Below, piece after piece: positions 36,631-47,017 of a stretch of DNA of 64,000 nucleotides (position 1 is its first letter; every line of letters starts with the position of its first letter). The position numbers and the translations under genes were made by a program. The notes beneath the pieces were generated by a model. It ran no database searches, had not been told where the DNA came from, and was given only the letters and a program-made list of their open reading frames with translations. The stretch spans positions 9,722-73,721 of the forward strand of contig JAJDND010000107.1 of the NCBI GenBank assembly GCA_022340885.1, read 5' to 3'. This DNA is from Desulfobacterales bacterium. GTDB lineage: Bacteria; Desulfobacterota; Desulfobacteria; Desulfobacterales; UBA11574.

Positions 36631-36917
36631 TTATCGTTAATTCCTGCAGGTTTATCTGCGAAAGTTTCATAAAATCGTCCTAAGATTTTATTTCCGACAA
36701 CTTGAAGTTATGAAAAAATTGTCCAAAGCTGCATGTATAATTTATAAATACGACCCGAATAAAACAATAACTATTTTACCCTATTAATAATAAAAATGAC
36801 ATCCCTATTTGAAAGAAATATCATTTGTTAGCGCGGATAACATCGTCGGAAAACTTGAGGTACGGAAGGTTTCAGAACGGGGATCTCGGAACTAGGGGAT
36901 TGAGATTATTGTTTTAA

Positions 36918-36951
36918 CAACCGGAAAGGGTCAAGCATCCCTTTCCGGTTG
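36918..36951 (-). terminator. Perfect 13-bp hairpin downstream of the acyl-CoA ligase gene
   Basis: CAACCGGAAAGGG-8 nt-CCCTTTCCGGTTG lies 62 nt after the stop at 37013. The U-tract on the minus strand is poor, so it may instead be a stabiliser or a bidirectional terminator. Confidence 0.5.
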
Positions 36952-37012
36952 ATTTTCAATTCAACGGAGCATGGGCATAGGATCCCGCGCTCAGATGATT
37001 GGCGCGGACGCT

Positions 37013-38773
37013 TTATGAGGACTTAAGCTCCGGAAACTCATGATAGAAGTATTCTTGCGGTGCTTTTTCTCCCTTTTGCTTCTTGTCTTGTTCCGTTTCT
37101 CTGAGCTCAATTCTCCGAATCTTTCCGCTAAGCGTTTTGGGCACTTCGGGGACGAATTCGATAATGCGAGGGATTTTGAACTTTGCCAGAACATTAATGC
37201 AGTGTTGGAAAAGATCGAGGGCCAGTTGCCTTGAAGGCTCATAGCCGGGCTTTAAGATGACGAAACCCTTGACAAGCTGCCATCGTTTCGGATCCGGACT
37301 TCCCACGACCGCAGCCTCCGCCACCGCTTCATGTTCGACCAATGCGCTTTCCACCTCGAATGGGCCGACACGGTAATCCGAGGACTTAATGACATCATCG
37401 GCACGTCCTACGAACCACCAATAACCTTTGTCATCAAAGTAAGCTCGGTCGCCAGTGTAATAGTACCCTTTTCGAAATACTTCTTTCATTTTTTCAGCGT
37501 CACCAATGTACTGATCAAAAAGCCCTATGGCGCGCCAGGGGTTCAGTCTGACCGCGATATGTCCTACTTCATCGGGTTTTGTGATTTCTTCGTCGTTTTC
37601 GTTCATTATTTTAATATCGTATTCGAATGCAGGGCGACCAAAAGATCCCGCACAAATTTTTCCCTTGAACCAAGGTGGATTGCCGATCATGGCCGTAGAT
37701 TCGGTCTGCCCGTAAAAATCTCTGATTTCTGTGCCGGTGTGTCTTTTCCATGTCTGGATGATTTCGGGATTGAGGGGTTCCCCTGCGCTGATAGATTCTC
37801 TCAGGGCTTCAAATTTATATTTGGACAAATCCTGCAGCATAAAAGCCCGCCAAGCCGTCGGCGGGGCACAAAACACGTTGACCTTGCTGTCATCAACGGC
37901 TGAAAGATATTTATCGGCATCGAATCGAGAGGGATAAAAGAAGCCGGAGGTGATGGCGCCCACATTGAATGGCGCGAAAAAGGAACTCCAGGCCCACTTT
38001 GCCCATCCAGGCTGGCTCAGGTTATGGTGGATGTCGCCGGGTCTGATGCCGGCAATATTGGCGGTGGAAAGATGTCCGACAGGATAGGAGACGGCCGTGT
38101 GGGCCACCCTTTTTGCAAGACCGGTCGTACCGGAAGTGAAGAAGCAAAGAATAATATCGTTCGTTTTCGTCCTGGCTGCTTCCGCTTTGGAAGATTCTTT
38201 GTCAATAACACTGTAACTGCTCCAACCGCTCACATTTCCAAGAACAATTTTCACTTTGGGTTTGGCTGACACATTTTGCAAAGCTTCGTCGATCAGCTTG
38301 GCCGAATCCTCATCCGAAAGAATCGCATGAGGCGAATATGTTTTAAACCGATACTCCAGTTCTCTTACCGTCATTGTCGTGGCGGTTGGTACGGAAACCA
38401 GGCCTCCCTTGATGGTCGCGATGTTCGCAAACCAGGTCTCTGGAACCGAGGGGACCATCATATAGACGCTGTCGCCTTTCTCTACTTTATGTTTCCTTAG
38501 GAAATTAAGGAATTTATTGGCATTTTCCGCCAGCTCTCTGTAGGTATATTGTCGTTTTTCATCCGTCTCCAGATGGATCCAGAAGAGTCCCGTCTGATCA
38601 CCTCTCTGTTTGACGTGAATTCCTTCGAAAACTTCCTTCACCCAATTGAAATGATCAGGTAAATTGAAATAATTCAGTTTTTTGAAAAGTTCTCCCGATG
38701 CCGATGCCTTGGCCTCAGTGTCCTCCATGGCGTTCACTTTCATCATTTCTGAAAAAAAGTCTACAAGTTCCAT
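37013..38773 (-). CDS. AMP-forming acyl-CoA synthetase/ligase (medium-chain/aromatic acid type)
   Basis: It has the AMP-binding motifs FFTSGTTGLAKRV, YGQTE, YYYTGDRAYFDDKGYWWFVGRADDVIK and GKIRR. Confidence 0.9.
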   Translation of the reverse strand: MELVDFFSEMMKVNAMEDTEAKASASGELFKKLNYFNLPDHFNWVKEVFEGIHVKQRGDQTGLFWIHLETDEKRQYTYRELAENANKFLNFLRKHKVEKGDSVYMMVPSVPETWFANIATIKGGLVSVPTATTMTVRELEYRFKTYSPHAILSDEDSAKLIDEALQNVSAKPKVKIVLGNVSGWSSYSVIDKESSKAEAARTKTNDIILCFFTSGTTGLAKRVAHTAVSYPVGHLSTANIAGIRPGDIHHNLSQPGWAKWAWSSFFAPFNVGAITSGFFYPSRFDADKYLSAVDDSKVNVFCAPPTAWRAFMLQDLSKYKFEALRESISAGEPLNPEIIQTWKRHTGTEIRDFYGQTESTAMIGNPPWFKGKICAGSFGRPAFEYDIKIMNENDEEITKPDEVGHIAVRLNPWRAIGLFDQYIGDAEKMKEVFRKGYYYTGDRAYFDDKGYWWFVGRADDVIKSSDYRVGPFEVESALVEHEAVAEAAVVGSPDPKRWQLVKGFVILKPGYEPSRQLALDLFQHCINVLAKFKIPRIIEFVPEVPKTLSGKIRRIELRETEQDKKQKGEKAPQEYFYHEFPELKSS

Positions 38774-38897
38774 AATTATTTTCCTTTCATTGGTTAAAAT
38801 CGAACTGAAGTCGCATACCCGGATCGCGCACTTTCGTTGCTGGTACGGTATTTGCCGGCCTATGAAGCACAGGCGTGTCTGACAAATCGCGACCGAA

Positions 38898-40250
38898 TCA
38901 CATCACGCCATGTTTCTTCAGTTCCTCGAGCCGACTGCGGCCCATTCCCAGATATTTTTGATAGATGAATTCATTGTCTGCCCCGATGGGCCGGCAGATC
39001 CACTTCACACGGCCCGGCGTTTTCGTCATGGCTTTGAACGAGGAATTTTGGATCAACAGCTCACCGTAATACGGGTCTTTCCATTTGATGAAAGTCTTCC
39101 TCTCCTGCCAGTGCTCCCTTTGTAAAACATCCCGGGGGCTTTCCAGACGCCCGGTAACCACCGTGCCTTTCTTGTCTTCACGCTTGCTGTATTGATACAC
39201 CATATCCTGAATTTCATCCGCGGTGTGTTTCTCGGTAAACGTCTCGATTTCATGCTGAATCAAGGGTTGATTTTCAGGCGTGAGACGTTCTTTGATGGTT
39301 GGAAATTTCTGCTGAAGATCCGGCCGGTTCATGATTTCACAAAGTGCCGCCCAGTTGGGATCGGTGAACCCGGAAATAAAGGTGTAGCCATCCTTGCACT
39401 TGACATAAGTATATGGAAAAACGGCATAGTCGTAGTTTCCGGCTCTCGGCATTTGTTCACCGGACATATGGAAGTACTGTATGGCATAGTTGGCGATGGA
39501 CATGAGCCCTTCCGGGGGGGCACAATCGATAAATTGACCTTTACCGGTCTTTCTCCGGTGGAACATCGCCGTCAGCAAACTGAAGGCGGCCCAGGCACCA
39601 CCGGCGTACCACCCCATCCAGTTGCCATGTTTCATCGGCCGTTTATACTCGGGAGCGATTTTCGTATCGAGATCCGGCTCTCCGGTGATGGACATGATGA
39701 CGCCCCTGGCTTGATCGACGATATCATAACCCGGCTGATTGGCGCTGTTTTCGGCGTCTTTCCCGAATTGGCCGTAGCTATTAATGGCGCAGTAGATCAA
39801 CCCCGGATTGTTTGTGCTGAGTTGGCGGTAACCGATTCCCAGCCCGTCCATGTAGCCCGGTTTGAAGGTCTCGATAATTATTGCAGCCTTGGCCGAAAAT
39901 CTTGTAAAAATCTTGCGTCCTTCCTCTTTGGTGAGGTCCAGGGTAACGTGAAATTTATTTCTGGCCTCGACCAGGTAGGCCAGGCCGGAATCCTTGATCA
40001 TCATACCATAAGGGGACATCTTCCTGGCCAGATCTCCGCAGGGGGGCTCAATGCGAATTACTTCGGCGCCCATCTCGGAGAGAATCGAGGAAGCAAAAAG
40101 ACCGGCAAAACTGCCGTGACTGACGTCGAGCACCAAAGTGTCGTCAAGGGCTTCCTTTTTTTTGTAAGTATCCGGGGGATAAGTTTCCCGGTGCGCCCAT
40201 CGGGCGAATTCCTGATTGATTGCCAAACCTACAATTTTTTCGTCTTCCAT
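38898..40250 (-). CDS. Family III CoA-transferase (CaiB/BaiF/Frc family), subunit 1
   Basis: [32 protein letters not shown] matches the family N-terminus. SYGQFG...GYDIVDQA contains the catalytic Asp region. GGGAG lies 7 nt before the ATG at 40250 (MEDEKIV); the track ORF extends to 40307. Confidence 0.85.
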   Translation of the reverse strand: MEDEKIVGLAINQEFARWAHRETYPPDTYKKKEALDDTLVLDVSHGSFAGLFASSILSEMGAEVIRIEPPCGDLARKMSPYGMMIKDSGLAYLVEARNKFHVTLDLTKEEGRKIFTRFSAKAAIIIETFKPGYMDGLGIGYRQLSTNNPGLIYCAINSYGQFGKDAENSANQPGYDIVDQARGVIMSITGEPDLDTKIAPEYKRPMKHGNWMGWYAGGAWAAFSLLTAMFHRRKTGKGQFIDCAPPEGLMSIANYAIQYFHMSGEQMPRAGNYDYAVFPYTYVKCKDGYTFISGFTDPNWAALCEIMNRPDLQQKFPTIKERLTPENQPLIQHEIETFTEKHTADEIQDMVYQYSKREDKKGTVVTGRLESPRDVLQREHWQERKTFIKWKDPYYGELLIQNSSFKAMTKTPGRVKWICRPIGADNEFIYQKYLGMGRSRLEELKKHGVM

Positions 40251-40431
40251 GTTATTACTCCCGGAAAATCTATTGGAAGTGGATTCGAAACCTCCTCTCG
40301 GACTCAATCTCTGTGTTGGATTGAGACGCCCAATCCTCGAAATATTCCCGATATTCCTGCGGTTGGCCGCCTCAGGTCGCCTTGACCTTGAACCCGATTG
40401 AAGGTTTTGTAACCACTTCTACAAATTATCG

Positions 40432-41766
40432 CTAGGGCAGCTTCAGGCCGCTTTTGCCGTCCCAATCCGGTGGCGGACAGTGAGAAGGGATGTCCGGATT
40501 CCACTGGAAAATAACTTTTTCAAACTCCAACTGTTTGATCTTCTCCAAGGACAGGCCCAAAATTTTTTGAAAAACATAACGGTTGTCGAATCCCACCGGA
40601 CGGCTGCTCCATTTCACCCGACTGGGCGTCTCGCTCATGCGCGGCGGATAGCATTCCTGCCTCATCGTGCCATAGACGGGGTCTTCGTATTCCTGGACGG
40701 CGCCTCTTTGCCGGTAGTGCTCGCTGTCATAGGCATCGGCGGCGGTCAGAACCCGGGAAGCGGCAAAGCCGTTTCGGTTGCCCAACGCTTCGATCTCTGC
40801 GACCTTTTTCGTAGCGGTCCACTGGCCGATTGCCTCGAGAATCTTGCGGCTGTTTTCATCCTGCAGCCGTTTTAAGGGATCGGCATATTTCTCATAAAGA
40901 TCCAATCGATCCATGACGCCGCACAAACCGCGGAATTCTTCTTCGCTGAAAGCCGCCAAAGCCACCCACCCGTTGCTGCACTCGAACAAGTCGGAAGGAC
41001 AGACGGCCAGGTCGCGGTTGCCGGATCGTTTCCGGTTTTCACCTGTCTTGAAGGTGTAAAGCCAAGTCCAGTCAAGCCACCTGATGACGTTTTCTACCTG
41101 CATGTAGTCGATGAACTGGCCCTCTCCGGTTCTCTCCCGGTAGTTCAGGGCCGCCATAACGGCCACTGCGCACATCAGACCGGTGATCCAGTCGGCAATC
41201 CATACGCCTGATTTGATCGGCCCCCGGTCCTGGAACCCGGTAATGGGCGACAGGGATCCCATGCTCTGCGCCACGGCATCGTAAGAAGTCCTTCCGGTCC
41301 AGGGCCCCCAGCTCCCATATCCGGAAACATGCAACTGGATAATCCCCGGATTGATCCGGCTCAGTTCACGGTAGCTCAAGCCCCACTCCGCCATTCGGCC
41401 CGGAGTAAGGTTGTCCACCACCACATCGGATTTTTTCACCAGTTCAAGGAATAGCTCCTTTCCCTGGGGGTGGCCCAGGTGCATGCCCACCCAGTATTTA
41501 TTATGATTTTCGATTTCGAGGCCTGGAGACATGTTTTTCCAAAAATAGGCATAGGGCGTTACAAATCGCATCTGGTCTCCTTTTTGTCCCTCAAACTTGA
41601 TTACCTCGGCGCCGAACTCGGCCAGATAATCGCATGCCGCGGGGCCAAGGACCACGTAGCAGACTTCCAAGACCCTTACGCCCGCTAAAGGCTCCGGCTT
41701 ATCGAACAGTTGCCCGACATCAAATTTTTCATTTAGAAAATCCCGATAGGCTGTGTCATCGCTCAT
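40432..41766 (-). CDS. Family III CoA-transferase (CaiB/BaiF/Frc family), subunit 2
   Basis: [30 protein letters not shown] and [22 protein letters not shown] (catalytic Asp region). It is a paralogue of the adjacent gene. Confidence 0.85.
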   Translation of the reverse strand: MSDDTAYRDFLNEKFDVGQLFDKPEPLAGVRVLEVCYVVLGPAACDYLAEFGAEVIKFEGQKGDQMRFVTPYAYFWKNMSPGLEIENHNKYWVGMHLGHPQGKELFLELVKKSDVVVDNLTPGRMAEWGLSYRELSRINPGIIQLHVSGYGSWGPWTGRTSYDAVAQSMGSLSPITGFQDRGPIKSGVWIADWITGLMCAVAVMAALNYRERTGEGQFIDYMQVENVIRWLDWTWLYTFKTGENRKRSGNRDLAVCPSDLFECSNGWVALAAFSEEEFRGLCGVMDRLDLYEKYADPLKRLQDENSRKILEAIGQWTATKKVAEIEALGNRNGFAASRVLTAADAYDSEHYRQRGAVQEYEDPVYGTMRQECYPPRMSETPSRVKWSSRPVGFDNRYVFQKILGLSLEKIKQLEFEKVIFQWNPDIPSHCPPPDWDGKSGLKLP

Positions 41767-42355
41767 ACCAAAAGCTCCTTAAATGATGTTGATTACAGAT
41801 AAATATTTACTACTTTCAGAAATCTCACATATTTTGCACCTTTATTTTCCAGCCTTGTCCGCCGGTTGTGCAGCGAAGACGGCTAATAAATTTTAGCAGG
41901 CCTCTCATATCCAATGGCGTGATTAAGGTAAAATCTGCAAAAAAGATGGTGAAATTTGAAAGAACCCTCTTGAGCCCGGAAAATTGCGGCAGCAAAAAGT
42001 AACCAGTACAGATTTATATCAATTTTAAAGAAGGCGTCAGGGTGAATTTTGGCGCCGTACGATAATGCACCAGAGAAATATTTTGCCTCAGTCCCGCCAT
42101 TCGGCGGGCCTCTTGGCCTGCGGGATCGTCCACTTTGCGGTATGTGATACAAACCGGAGGCGGACGAGAAAGCTTTTTAGCGATTTAAGGGTGCGAAACT
42201 TAAACAAGTAAGTTATATGATAAGCATGCTCCCCGCATGATGGCTTGTCAAGCAATTTTCTCCAAAATATTTCGTAAAAAGTCTGCATAGGGCTCAACTC
42301 GCCGTCAACGAGTGGATGCTAAAGAAATCGTCAACGATTTAAAAAAGAAAAATAT

Positions 42356-42384
42356 TTGACGAAATAACCGTGAGCGTTGATAAT
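42356..42384 (+). promoter_or_regulatory. Sigma-70-like promoter (TTGACG-N17-GATAAT)
   Basis: Near-consensus hexamers with 17-nt spacing lie about 95 nt upstream of the AhpD-like gene. Confidence 0.5.
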
Positions 42385-42480
42385 ACAAAGCAAAGCCACG
42401 GCGTTGCTTTCCGGACTGGTTGATGCAAAAATATCAATTTTATCTTACCCTTTTACCCCGTGGTGAAAAATGGAGGGATA

Positions 42481-42843
42481 ATGTTTATCGACACGGATGA
42501 AATCAGAAGATTGAGGCAAAAGTATTACCTGCAGATGCAGCAAAGCGGTATCAAAACATTTCAGGATATGGATAAAATTGAAATGGAATCCCTTGAAGGC
42601 GGCGAGCTTGCACAAAAATACAAAGAACTTATTGCTCTCGGAATCAGTATATCCAACGCCTGCTACGGCTGAATTGAATACCATGTCAGCAGTGCTGTTG
42701 GCTTAGGTGCAAGTCGTCAGGAAATATTAGAAGCTGTTGCCGTTTCAGTCGCCCTGTGCGGATCCGTTGCGGATTGGCCGGCCAGGTATGTTTTCAAAAT
42801 TTTAGAAGACATCGAAATGGATGAAGAAAGGATGGAAAAATAA
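42481..42843 (+). CDS. AhpD-like/carboxymuconolactone-decarboxylase-family protein; selenoprotein with C-x-x-U motif, Sec at 42670-42672
   Basis: GGAGGG lies before the ATG at 42481. Track ORF 42460-42672 ends at a TGA in ISISNACYG-U-IEYHVSSAVGLGASRQEILEAVAVSVALCG, and the frame stays open to the TAA at 42841. The family active site is CxxC followed by H 3-4 residues later, so U replaces the second Cys. Confidence 0.75.
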
Positions 42844-42845
42844 TT

Positions 42846-43697
42846 TTGAAAAAAGAAAATGTTTTCATTGTGTATTTTTCGCCGGCCGGGTCCACCCGGC
42901 ATGTCGCAAAGGTTATCGAGAAGCGGTTTCAGACGCTGGATGCCGAGGTATCTGTGTTTGACCTGACCGAATGCCAAGGCGATATTGCCATGACAATTTC
43001 GCGGCGGATGGAAAACGCGGAAGGCAAAAGTTGTCTGTTTATCGGTTCTCCGGTATATGCTTCCCATGCAGTTCCGCCGGTGATGGAATGCATCGCCGGG
43101 ATCAAAGAGAACCCCGGTATGTTCGCCGTACCTTTTGTGACCTGGGGCGGGGCTTGCAGCGGTATTTCCCTGTATGAAATGGGTAAAAAATTAATAAACA
43201 AAAAGGCTACGCTTCTCGGGGCAGCCAAGATTCTGGCCGTCCATTCCTTGATGTGGACGCTTGAAAATCCAATGGGGAAAGGGCATCCGGATGCCGGCGA
43301 CGACCATATGATTGAGGCGCTTGCAAATCATATTCATCGAAAACTTCACGAAGTAAATCCCAAGGGTATAAACCTGTCCGAATTGGCGTATCAGACAAAG
43401 GCGGATCATGAAGAAATGGAAAAAACCGGCCTTCAAACCGCCAAAGCGCATTTGCCGAAACGAAAAATTGATACCGGGCATTGCAACCAATGCCTGTTAT
43501 GTTCGGAAGTCTGCCCAACGGATGCCGTTAGGTTTACGCCGTACCCGGAATTCGGCGATGGGTGTGTTTTTTGTTTTAATTGTATGAGAAAATGTCCGGA
43601 AGAGGCAATCATCGCCGATCTGTCGGGTATTTGGCAACGAATCAGAGACAGGGCGGCTTATTTTTCCGAGCGGCCTTATTCACAGATATTTTATTAA
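42846..43697 (+). CDS. Flavodoxin-like domain fused to 2x[4Fe-4S] ferredoxin domain
   Basis: The N-terminus VFIVYFSPAGSTRHVA is flavodoxin-like. The C-terminus has CNQCLLCSEVCP and CVFCFNCMRKCP. The TTG start lies 3 nt after the AhpD-like stop. Confidence 0.7.
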   Translation: MKKENVFIVYFSPAGSTRHVAKVIEKRFQTLDAEVSVFDLTECQGDIAMTISRRMENAEGKSCLFIGSPVYASHAVPPVMECIAGIKENPGMFAVPFVTWGGACSGISLYEMGKKLINKKATLLGAAKILAVHSLMWTLENPMGKGHPDAGDDHMIEALANHIHRKLHEVNPKGINLSELAYQTKADHEEMEKTGLQTAKAHLPKRKIDTGHCNQCLLCSEVCPTDAVRFTPYPEFGDGCVFCFNCMRKCPEEAIIADLSGIWQRIRDRAAYFSERPYSQIFY

Positions 43698-43792
43698 GTG
43701 TCCATTTATGAATGGACACAGTGTTCCTGTATTTTATGACGAGATGTCTTATCTGTGCTTTACCGTGCAAAAGGAAACAGAGGAATTTTATT

Positions 43793-44263
43793 ATGCCCGA
43801 TAAAACACTAGGCCCTGATGATCGTATACAAATGCTGCGCAAGTTGTACGAAGACAAAATTCCTTTTAACAAGGTTTTGGGTTTTAAGATTGAATCGTTG
43901 GAGATAGACGATTTGCGTATTAAGTTCGAGATGAAAGACGCGTTCATCGGAAATTTCGTTCAGGGAATTCTTCACGGGGGTGTGATTTCTTCGGTTTTGG
44001 ATACCACTGGAGGACTAACCGCTTCTTTGGGTGTTCTTCAGAAAATGGCCGGACGTACGGCCGAAGAAATCGGTAAAAGTCTGACGAAAATCGGTACTAT
44101 CGATCTTCGCGTCGACTTTCTGAGACCGGGTAAAGGAAATTATTTTGTTTCGACGGGCGCCATCATGCGGGCCGGAAGGCGGGTCAGTGTCACCCGAATG
44201 GAGCTGTACAACGATCAGAAAATTTTAATCGCCGTCGGCACCGGAACATACATTGTAGGATAG
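43793..44263 (+). CDS. Hotdog-fold thioesterase (PaaI/YigI-like)
   Basis: GAGGAA lies before the ATG at 43793 (MPDKTLGP...). GILHGGVISSVLDTTGG and the overall length of about 155 aa are typical. The track ORF starts 27 codons earlier. Confidence 0.7.
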   Translation: MPDKTLGPDDRIQMLRKLYEDKIPFNKVLGFKIESLEIDDLRIKFEMKDAFIGNFVQGILHGGVISSVLDTTGGLTASLGVLQKMAGRTAEEIGKSLTKIGTIDLRVDFLRPGKGNYFVSTGAIMRAGRRVSVTRMELYNDQKILIAVGTGTYIVG

Positions 44264-44433
44264 ATTATAGTATCGCTCTCCATTCATTTCAGAAAAATGT
44301 CTGTTAAAACCACCGGTCGAAGTCCGGAAAATAATTATTTTAAAATGTGTAACTGTTTGATACGAATATGTGAAAAATTCAGATGCCGATATATGGTTTT
44401 GCCCGACATCGTGACTCGAAGTGGTGAACATTT

Positions 44434-46224
44434 ATGAAGATATTTTCGGCAGCAAGCCTTAGAACACGACTATATCTGCTGGTTTTGGCCGCATTCATAC
44501 CGGTGTGCATCCTGTTATTTTATACCGCCGAGGAGCAAAAAGCCATTGAAACGAATGCGATTTTAAATAACGCGATACTTCTCGCACATTCCGCGGCCAA
44601 TGAGGAGCACCAGCAACTGGAGGCAACCCGCCATCTGTTGATTGCCGCATCGGAATTTCTTTTGCAGAACGACGCCGGATCCGACAGGACAGAGCACTTC
44701 TTTGATGATCTCATTAAAGAATCTCGAGGGTATGTGGATTTAGGGGTTTTAACGCCCCATGGAAAGCTTTTAAACAGTGTCCGCGGCGTCCCTCCCTTCA
44801 AAGGGTCTGAAAAACCGGCGTGGTTTGTCCGGTGTATCACAGAGAAGATTTTTACAATGGGTGATTACAAAGTCGACCAGATTACCCAAGAACCTATGCT
44901 GTATTTTGCTTTGCCGGTCCTGGATAAACACCGGCAGGTGAAGGCTGCTGTTTTTGCGGCGATAACCCTGAACTGGATCAATCGATCGATTTATAGGTCC
45001 TTTGCAGAATTGCCGCAAGGTTCCACCCTGATCCAAATTGATGACGGCGGAGATATTCTCATATATAAACCGCATTTGCAAAAATGGATTAAACAGGATC
45101 ACTTCGATCGATCACTGCTGCAGTGGATCTTAAAACACAAAACAGGTATAAAAAAAATCATCGGGGAAGACGGTGTTTCCCGTATTTATGCCTTTGCGCC
45201 GGCGCCCAGCTCTCTGAAAGCCCGACGCCACTACATATCGCTGGAAATTCCTCAGAAAATCGCATTCGCGGCCTCCCAACGGGTTTTTTTCCGCAATATC
45301 ATTTTGCTCGGATTTATCGCAATATTGGCGGTGCTTATTATATGGTGGGCCGGTGATGCGCTGGTTCTCAGGCGCGTCAATATGATTGTAAAAGCCAGTC
45401 GAATGCTTGCTGAGGGTGATCTTGCCACCCGTGTCGGACCCATTCGCGGCGGTGACGAGATCAGCCATTTGGCCCGTGTCTTTAATGACATGGCGGCTGC
45501 TTTGGAACTGCGCGAAGTCCGGGAATATGAGGCCAAAGAAGCCCTCGAAAGATCCAGAGAACAGCTCAGGGATCTTGCATCCTATCTGCAAGATGTCCGC
45601 GAGCAGGAAAGGACACGAATCGCTCGAGAGATTCATGATGATTTCGGTCAATCGCTGACGATCTTAAAAATGGATTTGTCATGGCTGAAGAAGCACATGA
45701 TTCAGGATCAACCGCAGGTTCAGAATAAAATTGATGCCATGTTCAAGGTTATCGACACGTCACTGCAAACGCTCCACGTCGTATCATCGGAACTTCGACC
45801 GGTCATATTGGATGATTTCGGTCTTGAATCCGCCATCGAATGGCAGGCCGAAGAGTTTCAGAAGCGAACCGGTGTCCGATGCCGTGTTTATTCCAGTGTC
45901 TCCAACCTCGATCTGACCAAAGACCAGTCGACTGCGATTTTTCGTATATTTCAGGAAACCCTGACCAATATCATGCGACATGCCGGTGCAACCAAAGTTG
46001 ACGTCCGGTTGGAGATTAACAAAGATACGCTGACACTGGAAGTCGCGGACAACGGCCGTGGAATTACCGAAACTGAAATCGGTAATTCCCAATCCTTCGG
46101 ACTGCTGGGCATACGGGAGCGCCTTTATCCCTTAAACGGGCAGGTTGATTTTATCGGTCATCCAAACAAGGGAACACGCGTCATCGTCCGCGTCCCAATT
46201 CCTATAAAAGGAGGGGCAGAATGA
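44434..46224 (+). CDS. Membrane sensor histidine kinase, NarX/LiaS type (periplasmic sensor, HAMP, HisKA_3, HATPase)
   Basis: An N-terminal TM helix, a sensor region of about 250 aa, a second TM helix, then HAMP. The H-box is AREIHDDFGQSLT. The ATPase motifs are TLTNIMRHAGA, VADNGRGI and FGLLGIRER. Confidence 0.85.
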   Translation: MKIFSAASLRTRLYLLVLAAFIPVCILLFYTAEEQKAIETNAILNNAILLAHSAANEEHQQLEATRHLLIAASEFLLQNDAGSDRTEHFFDDLIKESRGYVDLGVLTPHGKLLNSVRGVPPFKGSEKPAWFVRCITEKIFTMGDYKVDQITQEPMLYFALPVLDKHRQVKAAVFAAITLNWINRSIYRSFAELPQGSTLIQIDDGGDILIYKPHLQKWIKQDHFDRSLLQWILKHKTGIKKIIGEDGVSRIYAFAPAPSSLKARRHYISLEIPQKIAFAASQRVFFRNIILLGFIAILAVLIIWWAGDALVLRRVNMIVKASRMLAEGDLATRVGPIRGGDEISHLARVFNDMAAALELREVREYEAKEALERSREQLRDLASYLQDVREQERTRIAREIHDDFGQSLTILKMDLSWLKKHMIQDQPQVQNKIDAMFKVIDTSLQTLHVVSSELRPVILDDFGLESAIEWQAEEFQKRTGVRCRVYSSVSNLDLTKDQSTAIFRIFQETLTNIMRHAGATKVDVRLEINKDTLTLEVADNGRGITETEIGNSQSFGLLGIRERLYPLNGQVDFIGHPNKGTRVIVRVPIPIKGGAE

Positions 46225-46853
46225 TCAAGCTGATTATTGCCGACGACCACCCCATCGTTCGCGAGGGGTTGAAGCAAATTATTGCCGACTCTTCCTATTT
46301 TGTGGTTTCTGATGAAGCCGGCACCGGTGCCGAACTTTTGGCCAAGGTCCGTGAAAATGATTTCGATGTCATTTTGCTGGACCTGAAAATGCCGGGAATG
46401 GACGGCCTGGACGTATTAAAACAACTGAAAGTCGAAAAACCCAAAATTCCGGTGATTATTTTGACGGTTCATCCTGAAGCCCAGTATGCCTTGCGAATTC
46501 TTCGGGCCGGCGCATCCGGGTATTTGACCAAAGAAAGCGCTTCCTCCGAATTGATAGCAGCCATCCGAAAAGTAAATCGCGGCGGCAAATATATCAGTAC
46601 CCATCTCGCTGAAAAGATCGCTTTTGCCCTGGATGCGGATTCCGAGAAGATGCTTCATGAGACGTTGTCGGATCGAGAGTATCAGGTGCTGTACATGATT
46701 GCTTCGGGTAAAACCGTCACGGAAATCGCGAAAGAACTCAACTTAAGCGTCAAGACCATCAGTACGTATCGCGCACGAATTTTGGAAAAAATGAATATGA
46801 AGACCAACGCAGAGCTCACCCGTTACGCATTTCAAAACCATCTCATCGATTAA
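46221..46853 (+). CDS. Response regulator, NarL/LuxR family (REC + LuxR HTH)
   Basis: The start overlaps the kinase stop (ATGA). It has VILLDLKMPGMDG and a LuxR-type HTH (LSDREYQVLYMIASGKTVTEIAKELNLSVKTISTYR). Confidence 0.9.
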   Translation: MIKLIIADDHPIVREGLKQIIADSSYFVVSDEAGTGAELLAKVRENDFDVILLDLKMPGMDGLDVLKQLKVEKPKIPVIILTVHPEAQYALRILRAGASGYLTKESASSELIAAIRKVNRGGKYISTHLAEKIAFALDADSEKMLHETLSDREYQVLYMIASGKTVTEIAKELNLSVKTISTYRARILEKMNMKTNAELTRYAFQNHLID

Positions 46854-47017
46854 TCTTCGAATGACGCATTTTATGTCAGACGATGACTGACATGGCGTTT
46901 TCCTGATTTCCTACAATATTTTCAGACGATCACTGATTTTCGAAATTTTTCCTGCTGCTTATATTGATTTAACAAGAAAATGGATAGGTCATGAAAGACT
47001 CAAAGGAGGGCCATTTT

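Noticed and set aside
41832-41853. Sigma-54-like element on the minus strand (CTGGAAAATAAAGGTGCAAAAT) upstream of the CoA-transferase operon
   Set aside because: The GG and GC dinucleotides are separated by 11 nt rather than 10 nt, and the -24 box is TGGAAA. The spacing rule is strict, so this is not called.
41883-42297. Minus-strand ORFs of 89 and 69 aa in the gene-free region
   Set aside because: They have an implausible composition, no RBS and overlapping frames. They are treated as non-coding (see the finding on the 590-bp gap).
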